Of a DNA stretch of 61,555 bases, positions 36,002 to 46,437 are shown in pieces. The first letter of the stretch is position 1, and every line of letters begins with the position of its first letter. The stretch covers positions 1 to 61,555 of the forward strand of contig DATMOD010000029.1 in NCBI GenBank assembly GCA_035568355.1, in the 5' to 3' direction. The position numbers and the translations under genes were made by a program. The notes under the pieces were generated by a model that saw only the letters and a program-made list of their open reading frames with translations, did not search any database and had not been told where the DNA came from. The DNA is from Patescibacteria group bacterium (GTDB taxonomy: Bacteria; Patescibacteriota; Saccharimonadia; Saccharimonadales; EFPC-124).

Positions 36002-38590
36002 CTAATGGTGCTTTTTCTTATTCTGACGTTCTTTTTTGCGTTTTTTACGAGCATCGTCCTTCTTCTTTTTGGCAACATTATCATTAGTGGTTGTGTCGAA
36101 ATTAACGTTGTGTTCGACTTCAGCAATCTCATTTACGCCCTGCTCGACTGCGCGTTCGGCAGCCCTAGTCAGTTCGGTATCAAAGTTCTCTTCTTTTTCT
36201 ACAGCTGCATCACGCTTGGTTATATGGAACATAGCCCGCACAACTTCCGATCGTAGGGTTAGTTGCAACTGATCAAAAACTCGCTGTGATTCTTGGCGAT
36301 ATTCTACCAACGGGTCACGCTGGCCAACGCTGCGCCAATGAATGCCATCTCGTAAGTGACTCATGTTCTCTAGATGTTGCATCCACAGTGTATCAAGCAC
36401 CTGCAGGTAGATCTCACGCTCTAGTTTACGCATCGTCTCTGGACCGAACTCTTGCTCGCGCACCCCATAACGCTTCTGGGCTAGAGACATTGCGACCTTA
36501 GATCGTTCCTTCTCTTTAGCACTACGGATTTTTGCAAAATCGTTTTTATCTAGAGGGATAACTGATTCAAATGCAGTCACTGTTTCGCGATCTTCTTTAG
36601 GCCAAAGGTTAGTCATAGCGGCTGCTTGTTCTGCCACTAGATCTTTGACACGATCACTAATGTCCCCACTCTCTAAAATCTTGCGTCTAATAACATAGAC
36701 AGCTTTGCGGTGTCGGTTCATAACGTTGTCATACTGCACAACATTCTTGCGAGTATCAAAGTGATAGCCTTCAACCTTCTTCTGGGCGCTTTCTAGAGTT
36801 TTGCTGACTGCCCGGTTTTGGATTGGGGTGTCATCGTCTACGCCTAATCGGTCCATAAGTGTTGCGATTCGCTCACCCTGGAATATACGCATTAGATCAT
36901 CTTCTGTAGACACATAGAACTGCGTTAAACCTGGATCACCCTGGCGACCACAACGACCTCGTAACTGGTTATCTATGCGCCTAGCTTCGTGCCTCTCTGA
37001 GCCAACAACCACTAAGCCACCTAGCTCGCGTACACCTTCGCCTAACACAATGTCTGTACCACGGCCAGCAATGTTGGTTGCTAAAGTAACTGCGCCCTTT
37101 TGACCAGCCGCAGCGACAATCGCCGCTTCTCGTTCATTGTTCTTTGCATTTAAGATTTCGTGTACAACACCAGCCTTGGTGAGTGCCCGACTAAGTTCTT
37201 CGTTCTTATCGATTGAAGCTGAACCAATCAAGACTGGCCTTCCCTCTTGGTTGTATTCTTTGACAGTCTTGACTATAGCCCGGAATTTGCCAGCCTCAGT
37301 CTTGAATATCATGTCTGGACGATCGTCACGCGCAATCGGTTTGTTAGACGGTATCTGTATAACATCCAAACCATAAATCTGCTGGAATTCTTCAGCCTCA
37401 GTAAAAGCCGTACCAGTCATACCAGACAGTTTGTTATACAAACGAAAATAGTTCTGGAACGAAATCGTGGCAAGCGTCATGCTCTCTTGCAGCACCGGCA
37501 CTTGCTCTTTGGCTTCTATAGCCTGATGCAGCCCCTCGTTGTAACGTCGGCCATGCATCAAACGACCAGTGAACTCGTCGACAATTATCACTTCTTTATC
37601 AGACGTCACTACATAGCTTTTATCGCGTTTATACAGAGTTTCTGCACGCAAAGCTTGGTCGATGTGGTACACCAGTTTGACATTATCAGGATCATAAAGG
37701 TTCTTAATGCCCAGAAGTTTTTGGACTTTCTCTACGCCCATATCCGTTAGACTTACCGCTTTACGCTTTTCGTCTAACACGTAATCTTCAGGGACAAGTT
37801 TCTTGGTGATTGTGGCGAAGGTATTGTAGCTGGTCCCACTGTCGCTAGCTGGAGCCGAAATGATTAGTGGCGTACGAGCTTCGTCTATCAAGATTGAGTC
37901 GACCTCATCCACAATTGCAAAGTTCAGTTCTCGCTGACGCAGCAAATCGACTTCGTTGACCATATTGTCGCGCAGATAGTCAAAACCAAACTCGTTGTTA
38001 GTGCCGTAAGTAATGTCAGCCGCGTAGGCTTCCTTACGAGTGCAAGGGCGGAGTTTGCGCATTCGTGGATCAGTGTGAGCATCATTATCGTATTTGGCAT
38101 CAAACAGATAAGATTGGTCGGCAATAATAACACCAGTCTTCATACCCAAGAAATCATAAACCGAACCCATCCAACCAGCATCACGTTGTGCCAAGTAATC
38201 GTTGACCGTTACTACGTGCACACCCTTACCCGCTAGAGCATTCAAAAAACTCGGCAGTGTCGCCATCAGAGTTTTACCTTCACCAGTTTTCATTTCGGCT
38301 ACGTTGCCTTCGTGCAAGGCCATACCAGCAATAAGCTGTACGTCAAAATGGCGCTCTTTAAGCACTCTATCCGAAGCCTCACGCATCACTGCAAAGGCCT
38401 CTGGCAAAATATCTTCGAGTGTTTTCTTCTGTAGTTGCTCTCTCAATAAGCCTGGCTGTTTTTTAAGCTCCGGCACCGACATGGCTTTGTAATGCTCGGC
38501 TAGATTATTAACAGCAATAACACGCTTTTTAAGGCGCTTGATAATTTTAGCTTGCGGATCACCGAAAATCTTAGTTAGAACTTTTTTCAT
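36002..38590 (-). CDS. secA: Preprotein translocase ATPase SecA
   Basis: The sequence contains MKTGEGKTL and DEVDSILIDEARTPLIIS. There is a Lys-rich C-terminal tail. Confidence 0.97.
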   Translation of the reverse strand: MKKVLTKIFGDPQAKIIKRLKKRVIAVNNLAEHYKAMSVPELKKQPGLLREQLQKKTLEDILPEAFAVMREASDRVLKERHFDVQLIAGMALHEGNVAEMKTGEGKTLMATLPSFLNALAGKGVHVVTVNDYLAQRDAGWMGSVYDFLGMKTGVIIADQSYLFDAKYDNDAHTDPRMRKLRPCTRKEAYAADITYGTNNEFGFDYLRDNMVNEVDLLRQRELNFAIVDEVDSILIDEARTPLIISAPASDSGTSYNTFATITKKLVPEDYVLDEKRKAVSLTDMGVEKVQKLLGIKNLYDPDNVKLVYHIDQALRAETLYKRDKSYVVTSDKEVIIVDEFTGRLMHGRRYNEGLHQAIEAKEQVPVLQESMTLATISFQNYFRLYNKLSGMTGTAFTEAEEFQQIYGLDVIQIPSNKPIARDDRPDMIFKTEAGKFRAIVKTVKEYNQEGRPVLIGSASIDKNEELSRALTKAGVVHEILNAKNNEREAAIVAAAGQKGAVTLATNIAGRGTDIVLGEGVRELGGLVVVGSERHEARRIDNQLRGRCGRQGDPGLTQFYVSTEDDLMRIFQGERIATLMDRLGVDDDTPIQNRAVSKTLESAQKKVEGYHFDTRKNVVQYDNVMNRHRKAVYVIRRKILESGDISDRVKDLVAEQAAAMTNLWPKEDRETVTAFESVIPLDKNDFAKIRSAKEKERSKVAMSLAQKRYGVREQEFGPETMRKLEREIYLQVLDTLWMQHLENMSHLRDGIHWRSVGQRDPLVEYRQESQRVFDQLQLTLRSEVVRAMFHITKRDAAVEKEENFDTELTRAAERAVEQGVNEIAEVEHNVNFDTTTNDNVAKKKKDDARKKRKKERQNKKKHH

Positions 38591-38640
38591 TAAATCTGAA
38601 CCTTACTCCACACCCAGTTGCTACGACCCTGTCCGTAGTT

Positions 38641-39048
38641 TTAGTTTTTACTGATAGGCCGGTTGTCATCGTCTGATCGAGCCAAGAATCTTGCTGCTAG
38701 CCTCTTAAAAGCTCCGCGCCGACGCTCCCTAAGATGGGCAATGTGCGTTTCTTTATAGGAACGTAGTTGGTTTTTAAGTTTGGCTTCGACAATATCAACT
38801 GCTGCAAACATATTGATAGTTGATTCCTTGGCTATCACTCGTTCGCCAGGCAGGTGCATAACAACTTCGCACATATACTTATTGCCGCTCTTTTCGTTGA
38901 CTTCGTGTATTTTTACTTCAATATACAAAGACTTACGAGCAGACCGTTGCACATACCGGCTTAAGCGACCAATCTTTTTATCGATGTATTTCTTTAGATC
39001 ATCCTCTAGTTCGAGATTGATTCCAGATTTATCAATATTGATTGCCAT
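38641..39048 (-). CDS. hpf: Ribosome hibernation factor (RaiA/HPF family)
   Basis: It has S30AE-like features: YIDKKIGRLSRYV and the MFAAVDIVEAKLKNQL helix. Confidence 0.8.
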   Translation of the reverse strand: MAINIDKSGINLELEDDLKKYIDKKIGRLSRYVQRSARKSLYIEVKIHEVNEKSGNKYMCEVVMHLPGERVIAKESTINMFAAVDIVEAKLKNQLRSYKETHIAHLRERRRGAFKRLAARFLARSDDDNRPISKN

Positions 39049-39132
39049 ATTTTTAATACTAACCCTTTCTAATCACGAAAGCCCGGCTCTAGGTTTTATT
39101 ATAGCAAATCAACTGGCAAGACTAGCAACCTT

Positions 39133-40428
39133 TTACAGAACCGTTCTGCCACCCATATACGACTGCAAGACTTTTGGTACACGCACGGTGCCGTCAGCTT
39201 GTTGATAATTTTCGATTATGGCAACCAGAGGGCGTTGAGAGAACGCTGTGGCATCATTAGTATGAGTTAGTTCTACACTACCGTTCTTGCCGCGCACACG
39301 AGTATTCATACGACGAGTCTGATAGTCAGTAATGTAATCGGCGGTATGTGTTTCGCGATATTTGTTTTGGCCAGGCAACCAAGTATTAATATCAACGCCA
39401 GCCGCATTAGGGCCACCGATATCAGCAGTACATTTTTGCAATACCTGGTATGACAATCCGAGTTGCTGCATCAGGTATTCCTGAATGGCAACCATAAGTT
39501 TGTGTTCTTCTAGACCAGTGTCGCCAGTAGTAAAACTCTCCATCTCTAACTTATCAAACTGGTGCATGCGTAAGATGCCTTCCATGTCTTTGCCATAAGT
39601 GCCGGCCTCGCGGCGGAAGGCCGTTGTATAGCCGACTAAACGAATCGGCAAATCAGCCTCGCTCAAAATCTCACCCATATACATTGGCGCCATAACGTGT
39701 TCGGCACTGGCATTCAGCCATAGATCATCATCGGCCAGTTTATATGTTTGCTCTTCTTTATTTAGCCTACCGGTAGCATCGTAGACTTCAGTCCTAGCCA
39801 CAGCTGGGGGCATAACTAGAGTAAATGGTTTAGAGCTTAAGTTCAGATTATTATCAGCAATTATCTTCTTAAGTATGTCTTCATTTGTAAGCACATCCAT
39901 ACCAAATTGGATCATAGCAAAATGCAAACGTACTAAATCACCTTTAACGTAGGCAAAGCGTGCACCGGCTACTTTAGCAGCCCGCTCTTTATCTATCCAG
40001 CCTCTTTTTTGGCCAATCTCCCAATGGTTTTGAGGTTCAAAATCGAATTTTGGTTTTTCGCCAACTGTTTTTTCAATGATATTTTCGTCTTCAGAGGCGC
40101 CAACTGGAACGTAATCTAGCGGCATGTTTGGGACTTTTTTGAGTAAGGCCAAGAGCTCCGTTTCTTGCGCACCAAGCTTATCGTCTAGCTTTGCGATTTC
40201 TGTTTTAAGCTTGCGTCCTTTGGCTAGCTGCTCTTCAGACGGTTTACCTTGCTTGAGCTGCCCTGCTAAATCGTTGCGCTCTTTACGCAAAACCTCGACT
40301 TTACCAACAAGCTCACGACGCTGCTCATCGATTTTTAATAGCGCTGATACATCAATATCGTAGCCTTTTTGTTTGGCTTTAGTTTGCACTAGCTCCGGGT
40401 TATCACGGATGATTTGGATGTCTATCAT
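39133..40428 (-). CDS. serS: Serine-tRNA ligase
   Basis: It has an N-terminal coiled coil and the class II motifs TAFRREAGTYGKD and HQFDKLE. Confidence 0.95.
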   Translation of the reverse strand: MIDIQIIRDNPELVQTKAKQKGYDIDVSALLKIDEQRRELVGKVEVLRKERNDLAGQLKQGKPSEEQLAKGRKLKTEIAKLDDKLGAQETELLALLKKVPNMPLDYVPVGASEDENIIEKTVGEKPKFDFEPQNHWEIGQKRGWIDKERAAKVAGARFAYVKGDLVRLHFAMIQFGMDVLTNEDILKKIIADNNLNLSSKPFTLVMPPAVARTEVYDATGRLNKEEQTYKLADDDLWLNASAEHVMAPMYMGEILSEADLPIRLVGYTTAFRREAGTYGKDMEGILRMHQFDKLEMESFTTGDTGLEEHKLMVAIQEYLMQQLGLSYQVLQKCTADIGGPNAAGVDINTWLPGQNKYRETHTADYITDYQTRRMNTRVRGKNGSVELTHTNDATAFSQRPLVAIIENYQQADGTVRVPKVLQSYMGGRTVL

Positions 40429-40480
40429 TGTCTGATCCTCGCAAAATACACTTCTTAATCTGTATGGATTCTAACACAGA

Positions 40481-40726
40481 TTATAAGTCTTTATAGGTCT
40501 GCTCATCTCGACGATCGATCCGAATAATCGTAAAGACTATTAGATTTTTCTTGTAGACAATCCTCAAGCTGCCCTTTCTAACCCTCAATAGATCTGAATG
40601 GCCCTTTAGGCGTTTTATATCTAGCCCTAGAGTATCATCTAGCTTTATCCTTAGAATCAGCAACTTTACAAGCTCTCGCTCTTTAGATGTTAGTTTGGCG
40701 AGCAGTTTTTTAATTTTATCCGCCAT
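40481..40726 (-). CDS. RelE/ParE-family toxin
   Basis: It is 81 aa, has an LRVRKGSLRIVYK core, and is paired with the upstream antitoxin. Confidence 0.75.
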   Translation of the reverse strand: MADKIKKLLAKLTSKERELVKLLILRIKLDDTLGLDIKRLKGHSDLLRVRKGSLRIVYKKNLIVFTIIRIDRRDEQTYKDL

Positions 40727-40734
40727 TAAGTAAC

Positions 40735-40977
40735 TCAGCCTTCAAGTGCGGCCAAAACTTCGTCAGCCGATACACCATCATTAGAGATATTGGTAAAATC
40801 AGCTATAGTTTGCCAGTTTCCTTCGTCACTAACAGGATTAATTTGGAATATAGGCTTCGAGCGCTTCATAACAGTAAAACTTTGTCCCTTTTCAACAGCA
40901 TCAATATACCTCGGGAACTGTTCTCTAAGTTCTTTAAGACTGACCGTATTATTTGTGTCTGTTTGTGTTGCGTTCAT
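40735..40977 (-). CDS. Phd/YefM-type antitoxin
   Basis: It is 80 aa and has the Phd-like N-terminus VSLKELREQFPRYIDAVEKGQSFTVMKRSKP. Confidence 0.75.
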   Translation of the reverse strand: MNATQTDTNNTVSLKELREQFPRYIDAVEKGQSFTVMKRSKPIFQINPVSDEGNWQTIADFTNISNDGVSADEVLAALEG

Positions 40978-41034
40978 GATTAAAGTTTATCTGAAGATAA
41001 ACTTTCCGTCAAATTAACAGGATCTCTGTGTTAT

Positions 41035-41541
41035 TCAGTCTATTGGAGCGTACGACACAGGACAGCCACCCTGCCCGGTTTTCTCAAAAAACTTTTGATG
41101 ATAATCTTCAGCTTTATAGAATTCACTAGCTTTAGCGATCTCTGTAGTAATTGGCTTGTCTAATTTTGTTTGAGCTTTATCACGCACTGCTTCAGCAATT
41201 TGCTTTTGCGAATCATCAAAATAAAAGATAGCTGAACGATAGTTATCGCCAATATCTGGCCCTTGTCGATTGACCTGAGTGGGATCGTGCATTCGAAAGA
41301 AATGTTTGACTAACGTCTCAAAACTGACCTTTGCAGAATCAAATTCGATCTGAACCGATTCAGCCTCATGAGTAGTATGCGATATTACTTGTTCGTAAGT
41401 CGGATTGCGAACATTGCCGTCTGTATAGCCAACCACAGTACTGACTACCCCTGGCACTTGGTCAAAATAAGCTTGCACTCCCCAAAAACAGCCAGCTGCA
41501 AAGATTGCGGTTTGTGTTGCCATAACCACTTCATTATACAC
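41035..41541 (-). CDS. msrA: Peptide methionine (S)-sulfoxide reductase MsrA
   Basis: The GCFWG motif is present. Confidence 0.9.
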   Translation of the reverse strand: MYNEVVMATQTAIFAAGCFWGVQAYFDQVPGVVSTVVGYTDGNVRNPTYEQVISHTTHEAESVQIEFDSAKVSFETLVKHFFRMHDPTQVNRQGPDIGDNYRSAIFYFDDSQKQIAEAVRDKAQTKLDKPITTEIAKASEFYKAEDYHQKFFEKTGQGGCPVSYAPID

Positions 41542-41621
41542 TCACCTAAGTCTATCCTCCCAAATTCACAAAATCCACACCTGTTAAAGGACAGCCCCCT
41601 GGAAATCCCATAAGCTTATCC

Positions 41622-41715
41622 GCGCTACGTCATTCCCAACTTGACTAAGGAATCCAGGACAAATACAGAATTCCATTTTCACTGGATTCCCGCCTCCGCG
41701 GGAATGACGTAGCGC
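41622..41715. repeat. Family 2 palindromic unit (copy 5) with a perfect 16-bp terminal inverted repeat
   Basis: The sequence is GCGCTACGTCATTCCC...GGAATCCAG...CTGGATTCC...GGGAATGACGTAGCGC. Confidence 0.8.
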
Positions 41716-41779
41716 AATTAATACATCTTGATAACACCATATTACACAATTACAGAGGTAACAGGTATAATAGAATAAC

Positions 41780-43429
41780 ATGTTGCTATCTGTTAACATC
41801 GACACCAAAACTATGGGCTCCAAGCAACTTATGCAAGGGCTTAATTTTGTGGTTGAAGCCGGCGAAAAAGTGGCGATTATCGGGCGCAACGGTGTTGGCA
41901 AAACTACCTTATTCCACCTGCTAACTGGCGAAGATAAAGATTTTTACGGCGAAGTGCAAATCCGCCGCGGCACACGCGTAGTCAGCACAGCCCAAGAACA
42001 CCACGCCGTTGGCGACCAAACCGTGCTCGATTACATACTGACCAACCTTCCCGACTACACCAAACTCAAACACATTATCGACACCTATCCCGACCATATG
42101 GGTGATGACCTAAAAAAGATCGAAGAATACTCTAGTGCCTTGGAACATTTTAGTAGCCTCGGCTATTACACTGTCGATGATGATATTGTACGCAGTCTAG
42201 GCGATTACCAGATTAAAGAAGAACTTGTCCTTGGCCCACTCCAGCGCCTCAGTGGTGGCCAAAAACGGTTTGTAGAGCTGGTGCGGATTGAATACTCCGA
42301 CGCCGATATAGCTCTAATAGACGAACCTACTAACCACATGGACTACATAGCTAAAGCCGCCTTTGTCGACTGGTTCAAAGCCGTAAAACATACTGTGGTA
42401 GTTATTAGCCACGACCGTGACGTGTTAGGGCAAGTTGACCGTATTATAGAGATGAAGGATCGCAAAGTATCAATCTATAAAGGCAATTACGATGCCTATC
42501 TCAAGCAAAACGCCACCAACACCAGTGCCAAAATGCACGACTACGAGGTTGGCCAACGCACTTTAGAGAATTTACACAAACAGATCCAATCCGTGCGCGC
42601 TAAGAAGGCCAGTACAAACAAAACCCCTAACCCTTTCATCCCACTAGAAAGGCGACTACTCAAAGAGCGCGATGAGTTAGAAAAATCTTTGCAAAAACCT
42701 AATTTCTGGATCGATCGTGAATCCGCCGATAATCTCAGCAAAAAGGCTGGCGATAATTACGAAAAATATAAAGCCAAAAATATCCGTGTCGGTAAGACTA
42801 CTCAAACCGAAGGCGTTCGTGAACTACTAAAAATAGAGGACATTCAATTGAGCTACGGCCAAGCTCCTCTATTCCAACCAATCTACTTTAGCTTGCAACA
42901 CGGTGATCGCTTGCAACTAATTGGCCGCAACGGTGTCGGCAAGACTACTCTAGTTAGAGCAATCATCGATGCCGCCAACGGCAAGCGCGCTGACACATGG
43001 CGATCTGGTAGCATATTCACCGACAGTAAGTTACGCCTGAGTGTTTACGAGCAAGAGATAAGCAGCGAAGTGCTAAAAATGACCCTAGAAGCCGCCATAG
43101 AACACATCTACGCCCAACTTAGCCAGCCGGTAACTGGCCAAACAGTCATGCGCCTGATGGGCGACTACTTGTTTAACCCGCATGAAGACGGCCGTCTGCT
43201 AGTAGAGCAGCTAAGTGGTGGCCAAAAAGCCCGCCTGCAAATTATTAAGATGTTGGCCAACAATCCCAACTTGCTAATACTAGACGAGCCAACCAACCAC
43301 TTAGACCTACCCTCTATCGAAGAGCTAGAGAACGCCCTGTCTAGCTACAACGGCGCCCTGCTATACATCAGCCATGATAGTTATTTTGCCAAGAATATGG
43401 GTGGCGAGAAGATTGTGTTAAAGGCTTAG
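41780..43429 (+). CDS. ABC-F family ATPase with two nucleotide-binding domains and no transmembrane domain
   Basis: It has two GRNGVGKTT Walker A motifs and two LSGGQK signatures. A TATAAT lies upstream. Confidence 0.9.
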   Translation: MLLSVNIDTKTMGSKQLMQGLNFVVEAGEKVAIIGRNGVGKTTLFHLLTGEDKDFYGEVQIRRGTRVVSTAQEHHAVGDQTVLDYILTNLPDYTKLKHIIDTYPDHMGDDLKKIEEYSSALEHFSSLGYYTVDDDIVRSLGDYQIKEELVLGPLQRLSGGQKRFVELVRIEYSDADIALIDEPTNHMDYIAKAAFVDWFKAVKHTVVVISHDRDVLGQVDRIIEMKDRKVSIYKGNYDAYLKQNATNTSAKMHDYEVGQRTLENLHKQIQSVRAKKASTNKTPNPFIPLERRLLKERDELEKSLQKPNFWIDRESADNLSKKAGDNYEKYKAKNIRVGKTTQTEGVRELLKIEDIQLSYGQAPLFQPIYFSLQHGDRLQLIGRNGVGKTTLVRAIIDAANGKRADTWRSGSIFTDSKLRLSVYEQEISSEVLKMTLEAAIEHIYAQLSQPVTGQTVMRLMGDYLFNPHEDGRLLVEQLSGGQKARLQIIKMLANNPNLLILDEPTNHLDLPSIEELENALSSYNGALLYISHDSYFAKNMGGEKIVLKA

Positions 43430-43442
43430 AAGCCTTGAATAG

Positions 43443-43745
43443 CTATTCTGTGCTCTCATCAGGAATCATTTCGACAATAGCCAATCCTCCAAGCTCGATA
43501 GTCTTATCTGCCGGCTTACCTGTTTCACTACTATCAACCGATTCGACTCCAGAATCGGATTGTTCCCCATTGAATTCAGTCAAGGCAGACTCGCTAGCAG
43601 TGGTAGCAGGCTTATTGCCCTCAGAACCAGTTTCACTAGATAGCCCACTAAAACCTGGTGTGCCTGAGCTATGTCGCTCACGATGATGAGATGTCACTGA
43701 GGGATCAGTGTTAGGTCCATACCAATATGGCACTCTATTACGCAT
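43443..43745 (-). CDS. Hypothetical acidic Ser/Thr-rich low-complexity protein
   Basis: An AGGAGA Shine-Dalgarno lies 10 nt upstream of the ATG. The opposite-strand ORF lacks one. Confidence 0.45.
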   Translation of the reverse strand: MRNRVPYWYGPNTDPSVTSHHRERHSSGTPGFSGLSSETGSEGNKPATTASESALTEFNGEQSDSGVESVDSSETGKPADKTIELGGLAIVEMIPDESTE

Positions 43746-43885
43746 TTTTATTTATCTCCTATGTTAAATGCCAAAACAAAAACCGCCATCCAAATCAGGT
43801 AGCGGCCGTTGAGTTTTGGCGTCTTGCCTTTTTTAATCCATATATTGTTTTACGCCTGTGCGCCTGGGTTGTCAAGCACAATACA

Positions 43886-43920
43886 GGGGGATCCCCGATC
43901 AAACTGGGAATGACACAGCG
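43886..43920. repeat. Half copy of the family 2 unit
   Basis: GGGGGATCCCCGATCAAACTGGGAATGACACAGCGC resembles the right half of copies 3 and 5. Confidence 0.45.
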
Positions 43921-43952
43921 CAAGTAGGCTTTTGTCGCTCTGAGTTACGTAT

Positions 43953-45671
43953 CTACTGAGTAGTAGTATTCGATGCGGCAGAGTTATCAGCTGTAGCCGC
44001 TTGCCCGATTACTACCACAAACTGCGCTGTACTTTTAATGCTGGCTGGGAGCGGATCAGTCGAAGCTGTAACTCCGAGCAGTTGCTCTAGTTTTTTCTTG
44101 GTTGCTGGTGCTGGTTTGTCAGTCTTAGTTAGATCATAAAGTTTGACCTTACCGTAATTACCTGGGTCTGAGCTACTAACAGTGCCGATATTTATGCCCT
44201 CGCCAGCTAGCGTATCAGCTTGCTTCTGGGCTAAGCCTGGTGTGCCCGAAGCGTTAAACACATCAACAGTTGCCTTCTCGCTTAGTAATTGACCATCACC
44301 AGTCAAGTAAGCATGTGTGATAGCTACCAAATCACTATAATCGTATAAGCCTTTAGCCGGCTGAACTATGCTAGCCCCATTAGGGCCGGTGCCAGTCGTA
44401 AAGATTGCCGGGGTTTGATCTGCCAAGCTAACTGAATTGATATCCTTAGAGTTAGTGTTTTTTATGATGTCTACAAATGTGTTAATCTCGCCCGTATCAA
44501 TATTTGTCCGCACATTATTACCTAGCGAATTAAGCAGGTTTGTAATTGCTATGGGATTAGCCAAAAAACCAACACTAGACGCTTTGTTTTTAGTAGCTAA
44601 TATAATTTTGCGCTGATTAGCCTCACGATCAAAGTTACCACGTGGCAAACCATAGCCCCCGGCATCGTTCCTAGCCTGAGCCAAGAAGTTGGCGTGTTTA
44701 CCATCCAAGTGTGCTGGGCCATTTGGCCATTTAACTAAGTAGCACTTATATTCACAGCGCCAATCAAAGTTACGATCTAAAATACCACGGGGGTCAGGAC
44801 TCTCGATAACTATATCTATACCACCTACAGCATCCACGACACCAGTTAGCACCGTATCGTTAACGTGTACGCTGTATTGCAGATCAATACCGAACTTTTC
44901 GCCCACCACACTACGCAGGGCTTGCTGACCAGACATTTCGTTGCCACCTTTTGCCATTTCACTATTAAAACATTCATAGACGGCATTGATTTTTTCTTCG
45001 CTGTACTGCGTGCAACCCGGGATCTTAACCCATAGATCGCGCGGCACACTAATCATAAAAGCATTGTGTTTCTTCTGGTCAACGCTAATGAACATAATAG
45101 AATCAGTCAGGCTAGAACCAGGGTGCCCAGGATCGTCTTCTGTAGTCCCAAAGACTAGAATATTACTACGCCCATATTTATCTGTTTTAAGTGGCTTATT
45201 GCCCAACAAACCAAGTACGCCACCATTAAACACACGACCAGTATTACGCAAAAGAGTCCCGCCCATATAAACACCTACGCCTACCAGTAAAATCAATACA
45301 ACTATCACGCCCCACTTTAGATATTTTCTACGTGGTTTTAGAGACTTTAGCGCCTTTCTCTTTGGATCATCTGACTTTCTTTTACCGCCGAATGGCCACA
45401 GACGCCTACGCTTTTGTTCTTTATCTTGCTTGGGGCGCAGAATATCTTCAATATCTAATGACAAACTCGAGGAGCTTTGTATAGGAACAGCTGCAGCAGC
45501 CATATTCCTAGACGACAATCTATTGGATTGCAAGCGCGTCGAGCTAGACGCAACATCACTTACGTCTTCTGCGGTTTTTGGGACTTTAAGTCGAGGTCGG
45601 TCTATCCGACTTCCAGCCTGCTTTTGCGACGCAATAGGTCGACGTCGTAAAAAACCATCTGTGCTATTCAA
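43953..45671 (-). CDS. LytR-CpsA-Psr (LCP) family cell-wall polymer transferase
   Basis: SLTDSIMFISVDQKKHNAFMISVPRDLWV is LCP-like. It has an N-terminal transmembrane helix after a basic tail. Confidence 0.85.
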   Translation of the reverse strand: MNSTDGFLRRRPIASQKQAGSRIDRPRLKVPKTAEDVSDVASSSTRLQSNRLSSRNMAAAAVPIQSSSSLSLDIEDILRPKQDKEQKRRRLWPFGGKRKSDDPKRKALKSLKPRRKYLKWGVIVVLILLVGVGVYMGGTLLRNTGRVFNGGVLGLLGNKPLKTDKYGRSNILVFGTTEDDPGHPGSSLTDSIMFISVDQKKHNAFMISVPRDLWVKIPGCTQYSEEKINAVYECFNSEMAKGGNEMSGQQALRSVVGEKFGIDLQYSVHVNDTVLTGVVDAVGGIDIVIESPDPRGILDRNFDWRCEYKCYLVKWPNGPAHLDGKHANFLAQARNDAGGYGLPRGNFDREANQRKIILATKNKASSVGFLANPIAITNLLNSLGNNVRTNIDTGEINTFVDIIKNTNSKDINSVSLADQTPAIFTTGTGPNGASIVQPAKGLYDYSDLVAITHAYLTGDGQLLSEKATVDVFNASGTPGLAQKQADTLAGEGINIGTVSSSDPGNYGKVKLYDLTKTDKPAPATKKKLEQLLGVTASTDPLPASIKSTAQFVVVIGQAATADNSAASNTTTQ

Positions 45672-45771
45672 ACCGTTATCCTTGTGATATTAGCCAATAA
45701 AGATTTACTTAAAAACAAAAGATTGTACCATTTAGTATAAGCTGTTTGAGGTTTAAAGCCAAGCACTTCAA

Positions 45772-46140
45772 TTATCGAAGGTCCTTCAATGGATTAGTCA
45801 GTTTTAAACCTTCAATGTGCTGAAAATCATTAACGTTCGCGGTCCACAGCTCTATATCGTTCTCTAAAGCTGTGGCAGCTATGATGGAATCACCCAAACT
45901 CATATGCATATACTGACGAAGTTTAATCGCCCTATCAATGACAGAATCAGTAAGTGCCAAGTTGTAGGATTCATTAAATAATGCGCTCATAAGATGCAGC
46001 TCGTTAGCTAGTATATTAGAATAGCCCAGGGACTCAAGTCTAGTGATACTCGCATGCGCTATATCGATATCCGATATAATCCGCCTATCAAGAGTCCCCT
46101 TAGAGAGATAAACAAATATATTAGTGTCAAGAATAACCAT
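45772..46140 (-). CDS. vapC: PIN-domain toxin (VapC family)
   Basis: MVILDTNIFVY is present, along with C-terminal acidic residues. Confidence 0.85.
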   Translation of the reverse strand: MVILDTNIFVYLSKGTLDRRIISDIDIAHASITRLESLGYSNILANELHLMSALFNESYNLALTDSVIDRAIKLRQYMHMSLGDSIIAATALENDIELWTANVNDFQHIEGLKLTNPLKDLR

Positions 46141-46146
46141 AGAGCT

Positions 46147-46410
46147 TTAATGCCTTCCTGGCAGAGAACGATCTTCACGAATCTCACGCTGCCAAGCAGC
46201 CGGATCTTGAACGCTGCTATAAGCTTTAACTTCTTGCAATTGTTGCAACAAACTTTGTATGCGCTCATGATTTTGCGTAGATTGTGGCACAGGAAGTTCA
46301 ATTATTGCTTTCTGCCCAAGCTGCAACTGGGCATCTTCTACATATTTCTTTGGCACCCTCAGGGCATAAGAGTTGCCGGTTTTAATAACTGTGGTTATGT
46401 AGTTACTCAT
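46147..46410 (-). CDS. AbrB/MazE-type antitoxin
   Basis: The sequence reads VIKTGNSYALRVPKKYVE. Confidence 0.8.
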   Translation of the reverse strand: MSNYITTVIKTGNSYALRVPKKYVEDAQLQLGQKAIIELPVPQSTQNHERIQSLLQQLQEVKAYSSVQDPAAWQREIREDRSLPGRH

Positions 46411-46437
46411 TGTAAATACAAGTATACTTACACTTTT

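Noticed and set aside
43435-43686. 83-aa plus-strand ORF overlapping 43443..43745
   Set aside because: It has a TTG start and no Shine-Dalgarno. The minus-strand partner has an AGGAGA Shine-Dalgarno. Both are low complexity, so even the retained call is low confidence.
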